A DNA stretch of 63,967 nt from assembly GCA_002269645.1 (NCBI GenBank), contig NIVC01004024.1, positions 1 through 63,967 of the forward strand. Reading direction: 5' to 3'. The first letter of the stretch is position 1. Each line of letters starts with the position of its first letter. Positions 15,168 to 28,327 of this stretch are shown in pieces. Under the pieces are notes generated by a model. It was not told the origin of the DNA. It searched no databases and worked only from the letters and a program-made list of their open reading frames with translations. Source of the DNA: Macrostomum lignano. Taxonomy: Eukaryota. A program made the position numbers and the translations under genes.

Positions 15168-18100
15168 TCACCTGTGCAACAGACTGTACAGCTCCCCGAT
15201 GGCTCCACGCAGGCTGTCCAGCTGGCTGGTCAAACTGGAGGCCGAGCCGCTGCCGCCGCGCTGCAGGGGGCCGAGCTTGAGCCCGATCGCGGTCACGTGA
15301 TCCCTGATGCGGAACTTGCTGCCGGCTGCCTTCAGCGAGTCAGCGTACGCGGAGCACAGCTGCATGGCCTGGCCGGCTCGGTCTGCCAGATCGCGCAGCT
15401 CAGCGGCCGGAGCCGAGCCCGACACCGAGGAAGCCTGCGTCAGCAGCTCCTTCACCGCCGTCTGCACCGACGCCAGCGAGGGAGGCGCCGGCGGCGGCGG
15501 AGACTCCGGCTGCTGCTGATGGGCCGACTGCTCGGGCGTTAATGCCGAGCTGTTGCTAGGGGCAGGCGAGGGCGGCAGAGCGGCACCGGCGTTGGGGCTC
15601 CAGGACATCCGCTTGGGCAGCTCGGCCGGCTGCAGGTGCTGCTGGGACTGCAGCGGCTTCCGCGGCACGGGAGGCGACACGCCAATCTTCAGCTTGAGCT
15701 CCTCGGTGAGGGACTGGCGGAACGGCTGCTGCTGCTGCTGATTCTGCAGTTGCTGCGGCCTCCTGCGCAGCCCGATCGCTGCTGAAGGCGCACCCGCAGC
15801 TTTCGCTGGCGTTGCTGAAGGTGGCTGCGGCTTCTTCGACAAACCCGCAGGCTCGGCGACAATCGACGAGGCGCTGGACGCGGAGCTGGAGGATGAGCTG
15901 GACGACGAGCCCGAGGATTCTTCGTCGTCGTCGCTGAAGTCCGCGGGAGCCGGCAGGGGCGTCTGAGACGCAGGCGGAGGGGGAGGTGCAGGGGGAGGCG
16001 GAGGGGGAGGCGGAGGGGAAGGCGGCGGGGGCGACAGCTCGGATGCCGGGGTGCTGGCTGAGCGCTGGTGAAGCGAAGCCTGCAGGAGCTGCTGCTGGCG
16101 ATGCGGCTTGGGCTGCTGCACCGCTGACGGAGGCGGAGGCGGCAGCAGGGCCGGAGTTCGATCTGGCGTAGCCGGCGCCCCCGGAGACTGGCGGCTGCCG
16201 CTCTTCTCTGGTTGCGGGGTGGCGGTGGGGCCGGCTGCAGGTTAGGTGCACTTTTAGCGATCAGAAAATACCCCAGCCAGCAATAATCTATTTCAGACAG
16301 CAGCTCAATGCCAGCTGGATACGGGAAACAGAATTCCCCTGTAACTAGCAATAGAACTCGAAAAATACTTAATTATCGATTTCTTACAGAGCAATTAAAT
16401 ACCCCAATTCTCAGTAATTAAATACCCCAATCTTCAGCAATTAAATACCCCAATCCTCAGCAATTAAATACCCCAATCCTCAGCGATTAAATACCCCAAT
16501 CCTCAGCGATTAAATACCCCAATCCTAAGCGATTAAATACCCCAATCCTAAGCGATTAAATACCCCAATCCTCAGCAATACCCTCAGTTTAGCAATAGAA
16601 AGCCTCTGCCGCACACAGCAGACGCCAGCAACTCACCCTGGGCGGCCACCTGAAGCGCCTGCGGTGCCAGGATGGCGGCACTCCTTCGCCGCACGGGCAC
16701 AGAGTTACTGGAGCTTCCGGCGCCGCAGTCGCTGCCGTCACCAGGCAGAGGTCTGGCCACCGGAGCCGATGGCAGCTTTGAAGGCTGCTGCTTCTGCTGC
16801 TGCTCGTTGACGGTCTCCGGGACGCTGAACCCTCTGGACAGATGAGCGCCTGGGTCAGGGGGCTGCTGCTGCGGGGTCTCCTTGATCGGCGTGGTGCGCC
16901 GCGGCGGCGCCGGAGCCTTCCTACTTGGGACAGTAAAAGCGGCGCCGGGGCCGGCTTCGGGCATGGGGGCTGCAGGAGGCGGAGGCGGCGGCGGCGGACT
17001 TTCGGGCGCCGGCATGCCGCTGCTGCTTCTGTGGTGCTGGTGATGCCGATGACTGTCCCGCTGCTGAGGCTGCTGTTGCTGCTGTACCTGCTCCATGCTC
17101 TGACTGCGCACTGTCCTGGGCGGAGGTCGCAGTGGCACGGGAGCCGAGCCAGACGCGGGCGACATCTCTGGCAAAGTGTCGGCTGGAGAGGGCGGCACTG
17201 AAAATTATTGAATTCGGCTCGGTGCTGGGCGTGTTGGACAGAACTCTGGTACAATAATGGCCTTTTGTTGAAGCATTCGGTAAGATGATGGACGGAACAA
17301 TCAAGCACTTCGCTTAAGAGACTCTAATCGTATTTATTCAATATTACACGCCTGGCTCGCAGCGACCATGACACACCCCGACACAAATAGTATTGACACC
17401 ATGCCACAACACCCTGACCCACAACACACTGACCCACAACACTGACCCACAACACCCTGACCCACAACTCCCTGACCCACAACACTGACCCACAACACCC
17501 TGACCCACAACACCCTGACCCACAACACCCTGACCCACAACACCCTGACCCACAACTCCCTGACCCACAACTCCCTGACCCACAACTCCCTGACCCACAA
17601 CTCCCTGACCCACAACACTGACCCACAACACCCTGACCCACAACACCTGACCCACAACACCCTGACCCAGAGTCAACCAACCATCTTCCACCAGCGCATC
17701 TCGGATAGCCTTGAGGCTGGCGTACAGCTCAGCAAAGGCGGGCCGCTGGTCCGGCTCCCAGCGCCAGCAGCGCAGCATGAGCTGGTAGACGCTATCCGGA
17801 CAGACAGGCGGCTTGTCCATCCGGTAGCCGCTCTCCAACAGCTGGTATACTTCGGTGAGCTCAACCTTAGGATAGGGCGAGCAGCCGTAGGTTGCGATTT
17901 CCCATAGCAACACGCCAAATGACCAGACGTCGGAGCGCGTGTCGAACTGGTTGTAGGCCAGGCCCTCGGGCGCCGTCCACTTGATGGGGAACTTGGCGCC
18001 CTGGTGCGCCACGTAGGGGCTGTCGCGGTCCAGCAGGCGGGTGAGGCCGAAATCCGCCACCTTCACAACGTAGCCCTCGCCAACCAGGCAGTTTCTGGCC

Positions 18101-20226
18101 GCCAGATCGCGGTGAACGAAGCAGTGCTGCTCCAGGTAGGCCATGCCGTTGGCAATCTGGGTGGCCATGTACAGCAAGGTGTAGGGCGGCAGCTCCAGCC
18201 GGTGGGTGCGCAAGAACTCCAGTAGGCTGCCGTGCGCCATGTACTCCGTGATGATGTAGAAGGGCGGCTCGGTGGTGCACACGCCTGCGGCGCGGAAATT
18301 ATTTATTTACAGACTTTTGGTGGGCCTTCAGTGAGCCACTGCTCCCCCCCCAGAACTTCAGTGAGCCACTGCTCCCCCCCCCCGAACTTAAGTGAGCCAC
18401 TGCTCCCCCCCCCGAACTTTAGTGAGCCGCTGCTCCCCCCCCGAACTTCAGTGAGGCGCTGCTCCCCCCGAACTTCAGTGAGCCGCTGCTCCCCCCGAAC
18501 TTCAGTGAGCCGCTGCTCCCCCCCCCGAACTTCAGTGAGCCGCTGCTCCCCCCGAACTTCAGTGAGCCGCTGCTCCCCTCCCCCCCGAACTTCAGTGAGC
18601 CGCTGCTCCCCCCCCCCCCAATTTTTTATTTTATTAGAGGCAGGGGGGTTGTGTGCACCCTGGCGCAATTTAAGCGTCATTGGCACACAACCGGCGAGAG
18701 GCATTACTGCCCATTCCGCCGACTCCCCTGAGCAGGCATACAAGCGCGCGGATACGTTACGCAGGCACACACTCACACAGGAGTGTACAGCGGCCCTAAC
18801 TTTATCAATTGTTAGGCATGTACACTTCACTGCACCTTGGGGGGGTTGGTTCTCAAGGCCGTTAATTGCACAAGCGAGCCAAGCCAAGATTCCAATTCAG
18901 CCCCAAATCAATGTGGCTGCACTTGGAATCGAACTTCAGTGAGCCGCTGCTCCCCTCCCCCCCCGAACTTCAGTGAGCCGCTGCTCCCCCCCCCAAACTT
19001 CAGTGAGCCGCTGCTCCCCCCGAACTTCAGTGAGCCGCTGCTCCCCCCCCCCGAATTTCAGTGAGCCGCTGCTCCCCTCCCCCCGAACTTCAGTGAGCCG
19101 CTGCTCCCCTCCCCCCGAACTTCAGTGAGCCGCTGCTCCCCTCCCCCCGAACTTCAGTGAGCCGCTGCTCCCCCCCCGAACTTCAGTGAGCCGCTGCTCC
19201 CCTCCCCCCCGAACTTCAGTGAGCCGCTGCTCCCCCCGAACTTCAGTGAGCCGCTGCTCCCCCCGAACTTCAGTGAGCCGCTGCTCCCCCCCCCGAACTT
19301 CAGTGAGCCGCTGCTCCCCCCGAACTTCAGTGAGCCGCTCCCCCCCGAACTTCAGTGAGCCGCTGCTCCCCCGAACTTCAGTGAGCCGCTCCCCCCGAAC
19401 TTCAGTGAGCCGCTGCTCCCCCGAACTTCAGTGAGCCGCTGCTCCCCCCGAACTTCAGTGAGCCGCTGCTCCCCCCCCCGAACTTCAGTGAGCCGCTGCT
19501 GCCCCCCCCTAACTTCAGTGCCCCACAGACTCGTTTCTCTAATCTCTAAATTGATTTTATCTGTCTGAAAGTTTATTTGAAAAAACTACGAACACTCTTT
19601 GGCTGCCCAAGTAATCAAAGAATAAAAAGTAACATTTAAAAAAGCGCAAACAGCAATGGCGACAGGCAGACTCACCAAGAAGCTGCACCAGATTTTGATG
19701 CTCCATCCGCTTCATCATCTGAGCCTCGGCCAGAAACTCGTTCACTTTCATAGCCATGTCCTCCTGCGATAGCAGATCAGAAGGCGGGTATTGGATTCTG
19801 GAGACCTGAATTATTCACAGCTTGCAGCGCAACCTCCTGGGGTCTCTCTGGTCCCAGAATCTCGGCCAGATTCCGGATCCCCGTAGCAGGGGAGCGAGAC
19901 CAGATAAGCATCTCCCCAGCTGCCCCAGACCAAAAATCTTCATCACAGCTCAAAGCAATCGAATCTCAAGAAATCCCCCTCCGTATTGAGCCGCTGAAGC
20001 TGGAGGGAGAAGCCGGGCCAGCTGATTACGCAATAGCTTGAGCACCACACAGACTGGGGGCCTGCCAGCATTCTGAGAAACTGACAGAAAGGAAAAGTTA
20101 GCAAAAAATAATTCCCAATTATTCCTTGGAAATCGTGCCTGTGCAGACAGACAGACAGACACATAGACATACAGACAGACAGACAGACACTAAGACGGAC
20201 AGACAGACAGAGAGACAGACAGACAC

Positions 20227-20285
<59 letters not shown>

Positions 20286-20392
20286 CACAGACAGGCAGAC
20301 AGACAGACACAGACAGACAGACAGACAGACAGACAGAAACTAAGACGGACAGACAGACAGAGAGACAGACACTAAGACAGACAGACAGACAC

Positions 20393-20471
<79 letters not shown>

Positions 20472-20558
20472 GGCAGACAGACACACAGACAGACACACAG
20501 ACATACAGACAGACAGACAGACAGACAGGCAGACAGACAGACAGACAGAAAGGCGGGC

Positions 20559-20607
<49 letters not shown>

Positions 20608-20686
20608 CACAGACAGGCAGACAGACACAGACAGACACACAGACAGACAGACAGACACAGACAGAAACAGACAGACAGACAGACAC

Positions 20687-20729
<43 letters not shown>

Positions 20730-20754
20730 GGCAGGCAGACAGACACAGACAGAC

Positions 20755-20817
<63 letters not shown>

Positions 20818-20912
20818 AACACTAAGACAGACAGACAGACAGGCAGACAGAAAGACAGACAGGCGGGCAGACAGACAGACAGACAGGCAGACAGACAGAC
20901 AGACAGACAGGC

Positions 20913-20964
<52 letters not shown>

Positions 20965-23900
20965 TCAAAGCTCACTTTGATGGTTTTGACAGCCACGGTG
21001 GGGCAGCCGGCCGCGCCGCCCCGCTTCCACACGGCCTGGTAGACGTCACCGTACTGTCCGGCGCCCAGCTTCTGCTTCATGGCCAGCTCCGTCCGGTCCA
21101 CCTCCCAGCTGTCCTCGCCGCTGGTGGCGGATCGGAAGGCCGCCCGCAGCCGCTTCGGCGCCGGGTACAGCAGGCAACAGACGATGCCGTCCGGCACCCG
21201 AGCGTGGTGCTGCACCAGCTGGTAGACGGTGGGAAAGGCCCGCTCGGCAATGATAAAGTACATGGCGTCGCCGGAGTCCTCCTGGCCGGTGCGGCAGACT
21301 CTGTAGTGATAGACCTCGCCGTTGAAGCGCAGGCTGATGCTCATCTGGCCGGGCTCGGACTCGCTGTCCCGCACCAGGAAGCTGCCGTTGATGCCGGAGG
21401 CCAGCAGGTACTCGGCAGTGCGCCGGCTGATCTGGCCGTGGTACCAGGCGAACAGCTCCATGTTGGTGGGCGGCACCACGTAGTTGGCGGGCACCCAGCC
21501 GCGGACGGCCGCGCCGCCGCCAGCCGGCAGCGGGTTCTCCACCTCCATCCATTCGCCGGAGTCGTTCAGCGCCCTGAACCGCAGCTGCTCGCCCTTCCGG
21601 ATGCTCAGGAAGCCCTCGGCTGTGGCGCTGAAGTCGTGGATGGCCACCAGGGTGTCATTCTCGCGCAGCGGGGCGGCCGTCTCGTGCAGGAACGAGAAGC
21701 AGGTGTTGCCGGCAAAGTCTAGCGGGGCGGCGCTCACCGACCAGTCGTCTGGGAGGGGTGGAGTTTGCTAATTTGAATGCTGAATGATTGACATCTTGAT
21801 GGAATTCACACAACTTTTGCATGTAAAATAATGCCAATTCATAAGTACATTATTATAAGATCCATATTTCAGCGTGCACAAATGTGTGTTTTGTGGCATC
21901 ATTGTTAAAATAGGAAATTTATTTCAGCGTGCACAAATGTGTGTGTTTTGTGGCATCATTGTTAAAATAGGAAATTTATTATTTAATTACAAGGCTAAAA
22001 TTGTGAAATTATCATCTAAAAATATTAAAATATGTTTTAATATTATTGATTACACATTAATCTAAAAATAAGAGTTTATAATACTGATAATGTTCTTATA
22101 TAAAAACAATGAAATCAATATGCAAGCATAAACTCTTGATATGGGACTGGCATTAATTTATAAACACTAATTTTTATATTGATACATAGAATGCACTAGT
22201 CATTACTATGTCAGTCTATATACTATAAATAAAACCATAATTATAAATGACCATAATTATAAATCTTATCAATATATTCATTATTAATGCATTAGGGCAT
22301 TAGGCAAAAGTTTTTTAGGCTTCAAATAAATTCTATGATGGTATATTTGAGTTTGAAATACCATGCATATGTACATAGCTGTGCATAGTCCTAAAGTTTG
22401 ATTTATTTAGACTTTTGATTTTTAATTTCTACTTGAAACCCTAAAGGCCATTACTAAAAGTTTTTCCTTGTCACCAAATGCCTTGTCATTTAAATGCCAT
22501 AGTTTGAAAAATGGCATGTATACTAAGATTTCCTAGTGTACAATAAAGGTATTTACTATTTTTCAAAATATATTAGCATACATTCTTGCATATATAACAT
22601 AGTGGAAAATTTTCAGCTATGGAAAATCTATGGCATATTTATATATTTATATATATATATATATGTATATAATTTTTACTATATATTAGGATCAATTAAA
22701 GTAACTTTATGTAAAATACACTATATGCAACATCAACATAGAACAAAGAATAATAACAATTTAAAACTTAACTTTGTGCTCTAAAAACTTATTTTCCCTA
22801 ATTTTAGCAAATAAAAAGTATTTAAAATACTTTTTTATAATTGTCTTTTCTCAATGTATGTTCCAAGTGTATAATATTTTAAGTTTGTTATTTTACATGA
22901 ATAACGAATTCAATAATGAAAAAAGCATACCACTTTGATATATATAGTTAAAAACATTTTTAGTCTTGGCATACAAATGTGGTCCTGTACTTTTTCCTCC
23001 ACTAGACCTAGTATATACTAATATACAATCCAAACTAATGTTTTGCTATATGGGGGGTTCACATGCTATAGCCATAGCTATAAGCAAAACTATGGCTTAT
23101 TCCAATTATCCATATTCTACTGCCATAGGAACCCCAATATTACCATATTCCTGTAGTTCCCATAGCTATTGTTTTAACAAAAAGTCCAAGAAACAAAATA
23201 TTTTGAATCAAGATAACCTAATTGTAATAGCGGTACCTTGTTTCTAAGAAATCTGCTTTTCTAATTAGTGCGAAAATTCTATACTTGTTTGTTTTAATAT
23301 GCAAAATATTCTCAAGTTGAAAGTTTTGTTTTAAATACACACAATTTATTGGTATAAATAGGAGAGAGTTAAAGGAATGAAAAGACAACTCGTTCGCTAG
23401 CTATAAGCTCAAAACATGTTCGATAAACCATTCTCAGATCATTGCTCATTTTATTCTAAGAAGTATTGAAAGTCAGAATTGGGAATTCATGCAAAGGGAA
23501 TTAATACATAATACATAAAGGATTTTTTCTGGTGCACAATGCAATTATACTTTTTGATAGAATTTGTTCCATTAAAAATGTGCCATGATCCTAATTATGG
23601 CAACTATCTACTATAGGCATATCTATAGTTGCTATAGCCATAGGCATACATGCGCAACCCCCCTGATTTACACTGGCCATGCGACTTACTTTTTGACCAA
23701 AAATGCGACTTACCTATGAAAGAAACCCTAGAGCAACATTAACACAATTTTGGGTAAACGGCAGGAGTAACTACAACTGTCTTTTAAGGGCTAAATGCCT
23801 CATCATCTAATTAGTACTACATCTATATTCTTTGGGATGGGCATTTTTGCGACTTACCCCTGGTCCACCACAATTTACAATGGCCAGATCGGCCAGGTCG

Positions 23901-24500
23901 GCCAGCAGTTGCGCATGTATGGCCATAGGCACCTATTTTACTATATTTGCCATAAGATCCCATAGCCATAGCTATAGCTATGGTAGAACACTAATCCAAA
24001 CTATGGCTGAAATGACTATAATTTCTATAATGTTAACAATAATTACAATTTATATTAAACTAATTAATAAATCTCAAAAAAAGAAAATTAACTACATCAA
24101 ATTGATGAAAAGAATTATTGACAATAAGACCAAGGCAATTTTTTAAATGATTTAAAGCCTTATTGGAACAAATCTAAAATTTCTAGATGCTTTATTAAGC
24201 AAACAAAACTTTTGACAAATAAATAATTATTTCTATTCTATTATTATTAGTAAGACAAGATGCTTGAATTGTAAATTGTCACTAGAATATATAATCTAAA
24301 GACCAATAGTCATGTATAGGCTATTTAATAAAAGGAATTAACATATTCATAACATACTTACCTTCACTAGTGCTTCTGCTCCGAGCTAAGCTGCTATTGT
24401 GACTTATATTTGATAAACTATTTCCTGATGCATAATTAGTCCCTATTCCTTTTGCTTTCTTCCTACTAAGCTTCTCTGCTTTAGTGTTTTGTGCACCCAT
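15168..24500 (-). CDS. Abl: Abl-family non-receptor tyrosine kinase (myristoylation motif, SH3, SH2, kinase, Pro-rich region, F-actin-binding domain), 6 exons
   Basis: Exons: 24500-24362, 21748-20976, 19763-19676, 18284-17682, 17197-16637, 16234-15168; all phase-consistent. Motifs: MGAQNTK start, SH3 [10 protein letters not shown]2 [16 protein letters not shown], kinase [43 protein letters not shown], and a C-terminal CSAYAD..SKFRIRD resembling the FABD. Confidence 0.93.
16393..16577. repeat. 23-bp intronic minisatellite (TTAAATACCCCAATCCTCAGCAA)
   Basis: About 8 units in Abl intron 5. Confidence 0.9.
17405..17669. repeat. 14-15-bp intronic minisatellite (CCCTGACCCACAACA)
   Basis: About 18 units in Abl intron 4. 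Confidence 0.93.
18325..19520. repeat. ~25-31-bp intronic minisatellite (GAACTTCAGTGAGCCGCTGCTC-Cn), interrupted by a SINE
   Basis: Same unit on both sides of the 18621-18933 insert in Abl intron 3. Confidence 0.94.
18621..18933 (-). mobile_element. tRNA-derived SINE-like element, copy 2 (5'-truncated at the B box, A-rich tail)
   Basis: The minus strand begins (G)TTCGATTCC and ends CTGCCTCTAATAAAATAAAAAA. It sits cleanly inside a minisatellite and is homologous to 7967-8210, 25097-25484 and 37370-37510. Confidence 0.8.
20145..20964. repeat. (GACA)n microsatellite with variants, Abl intron 2
   Basis: Directly visible. Confidence 0.97.
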
Positions 24501-25096
24501 CAAGTCATTTCACAGACACCTGACCATTTCTTTCTCAAACAGTAGACTTGGAGCAGCGGATTACAAAAAATATCAATCTATGATGGTAAAAAGGAGCAGG
24601 ACAGGCTTTATATTGATAAATTAAAAATTAAACACGCTTTCTATAAACCAACTAAATACTAATAGGTAAAATTATATAAGCTATCTTGTTTTGAGAAAAT
24701 CTTTCATTTGAATCATCAACACTCAAATGTGAAGGCGATAAGGCAATAATGTCAAACTGTGACCGCGGTTGAGATGTTCGTGATTAGCCTGTGTCCTCGA
24801 AACCCGAATTTCGTCCTGGGCGGACTTTTTTTCTGCGAAAGCGAATTATATTTAACAAAGTTACTTTCATTAATATGTTTTACACTTCTAAACGAACTTT
24901 TTGTAAAAACTTATAGGTATTTATACAATTAGTTACCGTTGTTGGGGTATATAATACCTTAAGAAAAATTCTTATTTCTACGGAGTTCTACAAATATTAG
25001 CGAATTGACTAGAAAGCAGTAGCTTCCTGCTTATTGCCAGAAAAACTTTTTAGTTTTGGGTTTGGGCAAATAGATGACTCGTCTTCTCTCGAGCTA

Positions 25097-25484
25097 TTTT
25101 TTCATTTAGAGGCAGAAGCTGTGTGCACCATGGCGCGCACTAATTGAATGACTTTCTCACACATACAGCCGCGGCGAGAGGCCATTACTGCTCCCATTCC
25201 GCCGAATCCCCTGGCCTTAGGCACACAAGCGCGCGAATCATATGCAGTTTACACGCACAGACACACACTCGCGCAGTGTTCAGCGGGCCACAATTTTTCA
25301 ATCGTCAGGCATGTGCATTCTATATCTACCTGCAGTGTCTTTATATAGGAGGGGGCCAGTCCCTCGGGGCGTTATTGCACGAGCAGACCCAAGTCGATCG
25401 ATTGCATATAGCTCCAAATTACATGTACGTGTAATGTATCTGCAATTGGAACATAAGAGCGCCGCGTTCACTAGACTACACCCC
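25097..25484 (-). mobile_element. tRNA-derived SINE-like element, copy 3 (diverged)
   Basis: Shared blocks: TTAGAGGCAG..TGTGTGCACC, GGCGAGAGGCCATTACTGCTCCCATTCCGCCGA, GGCATGTGCA. A minus-strand A-box-like TAGTCTAGTG lies at 25469-25478. Confidence 0.7.
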
Positions 25485-26732
25485 TCTCTAAGCAGCTTGT
25501 TGTATAATTGTCACCCCGGACAACGGACTGATCTACATGTACTCCAAGTTGTCCATGTGTCACTGTCACCTATTTCGACTAGTAAACTGCAAGATTTCAG
25601 TTGTGTGTTACCTTGAGTTTATAGTTAAACATGCGATAAACTGGTTTTGTATGTTTTAAGGACAATTCGAGCAGCCTTTTGATTTTGAGGCATGAGCTAC
25701 ATGGTGAACACCGTTAGATTAGCAAGCTACTATACTGTATAATATGCGCTTCATGCCATATATTGAACAAAATTTGCCTTAATTTTAGGTCTCTTAGCTT
25801 AAAACTAAAAGAATTAAAAAATTCTGAAAAAAATAATGAAGGCCGTCACAAAACGCTGCCTCTACATGTTGATCGACTACTAGCTGTCCGAAGATTCAGA
25901 AAGAGAGCTGCCGACGCATTCGTCTCATGCAGCCTGCAAAAATTGCTGCACTATCGCGTCCATGCAGAAAACGCGGCAGCCCAGCTGTTCGACGTCTTGA
26001 GCCATTGTGGATGACCGCTGTTTGCTGTCTGCGTCAGACCGACCGCGAAGCTGCCTCAGAGTCGCCGCGCCCCTGGCGGTGCTGCTGCGGCTGCCTTACC
26101 GCTGGCCTTCAAAGTCCGCGTGATCCTTCGGAGCGCCTGAACTGTCGCCTGTCGACATAACGGCGGCGGGGCATTGTGAGCTGGCCCGTTCTCACACCCG
26201 ATTTTCTTTTACTTCAATGACTTAAGTTGCTGAATGAGTAGCATCTCGTTCATCTCAGCTGGTTTTCTGCTGCCAGCTGACAGGTTGATGGAGGCGGCAG
26301 CGACCGGCTGCGGCTCAGATGAGCGCCGAAACTGCTGCATGTCAGTCTTCTCCATCAAGTCAAGTGTCCTGACACTGTTCGCTCTCTGCCATCGCTCCGC
26401 CAGTTGGCTAGGCTAGATTTGATTTCAATTTGGGCTCTGTATACCGGTCGGCAACGCCGCTTGATTTTGCTGCGCTGGTTTGAGACATAGACGCCCTGTG
26501 GCCTGAATGGACGACATGCAGAGTTACTATGCAAGGACAACTGAAGAGTTAAGGTTCATCCTTTACAAGGACTTTTTGTAGTGACCGTAGGATGCACTAG
26601 TTGTGCAGGAGAGTCAATTGACGTATGTTATTCGCAGATGAATACTCATCATAGCCGGGCAAAGGCTTTGTATTTGAAAACGAGGGGAGGCTTGTATTAA
26701 AGCAAGTTGACTTTGACAACGCGGGATTTATG

Positions 26733-28327
26733 CAGTGGCGTAGCCACCGGGCGGGGGGCCGGGGGGCCGCGGCCCCCTCCCCCCAATCGCCTGGGGGTGG
26801 GGTTCGGTTTGGAGCGGCGGGTACCAAAAACCCTGAGGCAATTGAGTGCCTGCGGCGCCAAAATGAGTGCCTGCGGCGCCAAAATGAGTGCCTGCGATGC
26901 TAAAATGAGTGCCTGCGGCGCCAAAATGAGTGCCTGCGGCGCCAAAATGAGTGCCTGCGGCGCCAAAATGAGTGCCTGCGGCGCCAAAATGAGTGCCTGC
27001 GATGCTAAAATGAGTGCCTGCGGCGCCAAAATGAGTGCCTGCGGCGCCAAAATGAGTGCCTGCGATGCTAAAATGAGTGCCTGCGGCGCCAAAATGAGTG
27101 CCTGCGGCGCCAAAATGAGTGCCTGCGGCGCCAAAATGAGCGCCTGCGATGCTAAAATGAGTGCCTGCGGCGCCAAAATGAGTGCCTGCGGCGCCAAAAT
27201 GAGTGCCTGCGGCGCCAAAATGAGTGCCTGCGGCGCCAAAATGAGTGCCTGCGGCGCCAAAATGAGTGCCTGCGATGCTAAAATGAGTGCCTGCGGCGCC
27301 AAAATGAGTGCCTGCGGCGCCAAAATGAGTGCCTGCGGCGCCAAAATGAGTGCCTGCGATGCTAAAATGAGTGCCTGCGGCGCCAAAATGAGTGCCTGCG
27401 GCGCCAAAATGAGTGCCTGCGGCGCCAAAATGAGTGCCTGCGGCGCCAAAATGAGTGCCTGCGATGCTAAAATGAGTGCCTGCGGCGCCAAAATGAGTGC
27501 CTGCGGCGCCAAAATGAGTGCCTGCGGCGCCAAAATGAGTGCCTGCGATGCTAAAATGAGTGCCTGCGGCGCCAAAATGAGTGCCTGCGGCGCCAAAATG
27601 AGTGCCTGCGGCGCCAAAATGAGTGCCTGCGGCGCCAAAATGAGTGCCTGCGGCGCCAAAATGAGTGCCTGCGGCGCCAAAATGAGTGCCTGCGATGCTA
27701 AAATGAGTGCCTGCGGCGCCAAAATGAGTGCCTGCGGCGCCAAAATGAGTGCCTGCGGCGCCAAAATGAGTGCCTGCGGCGCCAAAATGAGTGCCTGCGA
27801 TGCTAAAATGAGTGCCTGCGGCGCCAAAATGAGTGCCTGCGGCGCCAAAATGAGTGCCTGCGATGCTAAAATGAGTGCCTGCGGCGCCAAAATGAGTGCC
27901 TGCGGCGCCAAAATGAGTGCCTGCGATGCTAAAATGAGTGCCTGCGGCGCCAAAATGAGTGCCTGCGATGCTAAAATGAGTGCCTGCGGCGCCAAAATGA
28001 GTGCCTGCGGCGCCAAAATGAGTGCCTGCGATGCTAAAATGAGTGCCTGCGGCGCCAAAATGAGTGCCTGCGGCGCCAAAATGAGTGCCTGCGGCGCCAA
28101 AATGAGTGCCTGCGGCGCCAAAATGAGTGCCTGCGGCGCCAAAATGAGTGCCTGCGGCGCCAAAATGAGTGCCTGCGATGCTAAAATGAGTGCCTGCGGC
28201 GCCAAAATGAGTGCCTGCGGCGCCAAAATGAGTGCATGCGGCGCCAAAAGTGGCAATGGCATAACGCATGGCCAGCCAGGCCAACCCGCCCCCCCCCCCC
28301 CAATTGAAATTCCTGGCTACGCCACTG
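26733..28327. mobile_element. Non-autonomous hAT-like MITE carrying an expanded 21-bp minisatellite
   Basis: Perfect 14-bp TIRs CAGTGGCGTAGCCA / TGGCTACGCCACTG and a perfect 8-bp TSD GATTTATG (26725-26732 and 28328-28335); no transposase. Confidence 0.92.
26842..28250. repeat. 21-bp minisatellite (GAGTGCCTGCGGCGCCAAAAT, variant GAGTGCCTGCGATGCTAAAAT), ~67 copies
   Basis: Two unit variants interspersed; entirely inside the MITE. Confidence 0.98.
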
